Virus record (IMG/VR): IMGVR_UViG_3300044275_000090
Location: 1-5,824 of that record
Direction: 5' to 3' (one strand)
DNA from: a virus
DNA length: 5,824 bases
Shown here: positions 5,405 through 5,824 of the stretch, piece after piece
Layout: each line of letters opens with the position of its first letter
Position numbering within the stretch: position 1 is the stretch's first letter
Position numbers and translations under genes: made by a program
Notes under the pieces: model-generated
Told to the model about the DNA's origin: nothing
What the model saw: the letters and a program-made list of their open reading frames with translations, nothing else
The model's database searches: none

Positions 5405-5433
5405 AACGCCTCCGCTTGGGGGCGTTTTTATTT
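5405..5433 (+). terminator. Strong rho-independent terminator after the major coat gene
   Basis: AACGCCTCC (5405-5413) pairs with GGGGGCGTT (5418-5426), giving 8 Watson-Crick pairs plus one G-T, around the loop GCTT. The trailing sequence is TTTATTT. The placement matches the terminator after gene VIII in Ff phages. Confidence 0.8.
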
Positions 5434-5442
5434 GGGGGATAT

Positions 5443-5526
5443 ATGGAAGAACAAGCATCAATTTTATACTGGATTCCTTTGGTGGTCACATGGGTCGCAT
5501 TACATCTTTTAGCAAGCAAGTTATAG
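5443..5526 (+). CDS. Hypothetical 27-aa hydrophobic mini-protein (pVII/pIX-size candidate), absent from the ORF track; overlaps the pIII-like start out of frame
   Basis: The ATG at 5443 runs to the TAG at 5524-5526 and encodes MEEQASILYWIPLVVTWVALHLLASKL, with an acidic N-terminus, a single hydrophobic helix and a basic end. GGGGGA lies at 5434-5439, just upstream. Its stop lies 34 nt inside the pIII-like ORF, which would allow coupled translation. Confidence 0.4.
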   Translation: MEEQASILYWIPLVVTWVALHLLASKL

Positions 5527-5824
5527 TTTTTTTTCTTGTTACAGCCTTAATTATTCGTCCTACTTTTGCTGCCAATGTTGGCGGTTGGACTTTGGGCGGT
5601 GGTGTTGCTCAAGGTGCTTCTACTGTTTATGAGGGTACAAAAAAAGTCGTTATTGATGGTGTTGATTATATAAAAAAAGGCACTGCAAAAATTACACCTC
5701 CTGCTAGTGGTGTCGCTAAAGTTCTTGCTCGTGGTGGTGCAGGTTATGCTTTGTCTGTTGCAGTTGAACAGTTACTTGGTGCTGTAGATTGGGTTCTAGA
5801 TCCTGCTAATAATCAGATTAAGTA
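5490..5824 (+). CDS. pIII-like adsorption/minor coat protein, 5' part (signal peptide and N-terminus); continues across the circular junction into 1-1145
   Basis: The ATG at 5490 is in the same frame as tracked ORF 54..1145 (5490 and 5751=54+5697 are both 0 mod 3), with no stop through 5824. The N-terminus MGRITSFSKQVIVFFLVTALIIRPTFA/ANVGG has a basic n-region, a hydrophobic core and an A-x-A-like cleavage site. A GGTGG Shine-Dalgarno-like element lies 4 nt upstream. The ORF track missed it because the ORF runs off the window end. Confidence 0.75.
   Translation, partial: MGRITSFSKQVIVFFLVTALIIRPTFAANVGGWTLGGGVAQGASTVYEGTKKVVIDGVDYIKKGTAKITPPASGVAKVLARGGAGYALSVAVEQLLGAVDWVLDPANNQIK
5698..5824. 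repeat. Right copy of the exact 127-nt direct terminal repeat
   Basis: Identical to 1-127. An exact end overlap of this kind is what a circular molecule yields when written out as a linear contig. Confidence 0.95.

Noticed and set aside
5144-5461. A 105-aa - strand ORF runs antisense to the major coat gene.
   Set aside because: It would span the strong + strand terminator and the whole coat gene. The coat gene has far better support from its RBS, signal peptide and canonical mature-coat layout.
1-5824. I checked for cargo or accessory functions: toxins such as ctxAB, tRNA, CRISPR, IS elements and defence genes.
   Set aside because: The circle is fully occupied by the phage core genes plus one 270-bp intergenic region. 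There are no spaced direct repeats, tRNA-like cloverleaf candidates or extra ORFs of meaningful size.

Overview
The window appears to be one complete, circularly permuted genome of a small filamentous ssDNA phage (Inoviridae-like). Bases 1-127 recur exactly at 5698-5824, so the unit length is 5,697 bp and the window reads once around a circle plus a 127-nt overlap. All genes but one lie on the + strand, which is T-rich and AT-rich. Starting at the regulatory region, the order is: a divergent promoter/operator (4569-4619); a pV-like ssDNA-binding protein (4666-4908) followed by a terminator; a 62-aa membrane protein (4942-5130); a pVIII-like major coat protein (5133-5396) followed by a strong terminator; and an untracked 27-aa hydrophobic mini-ORF (5443-5526). 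Next comes a pIII-like adsorption protein that crosses the window junction (5490-5824 joined to 1-1145, 450 aa with a signal peptide), then a pVI-like protein (1148-1426), a GC-rich T-bulged hairpin (1426-1494) and a Zot/pI-type assembly ATPase (1511-2920). A 270-bp intergenic region follows, holding hairpins, an operator-like copy and an untracked 29-aa hydrophobic mini-ORF. The circle closes with a pC194/Rep_1-like HUH rolling-circle initiator (3191-4360) and, on the - strand, a 60-aa ribbon-helix-helix-like regulator (4349-4531). The closed circle encodes no secretin, integrase, transposase, tRNA or CRISPR. All functional calls rest on motifs, protein architecture and synteny read by eye. 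No database search was run.
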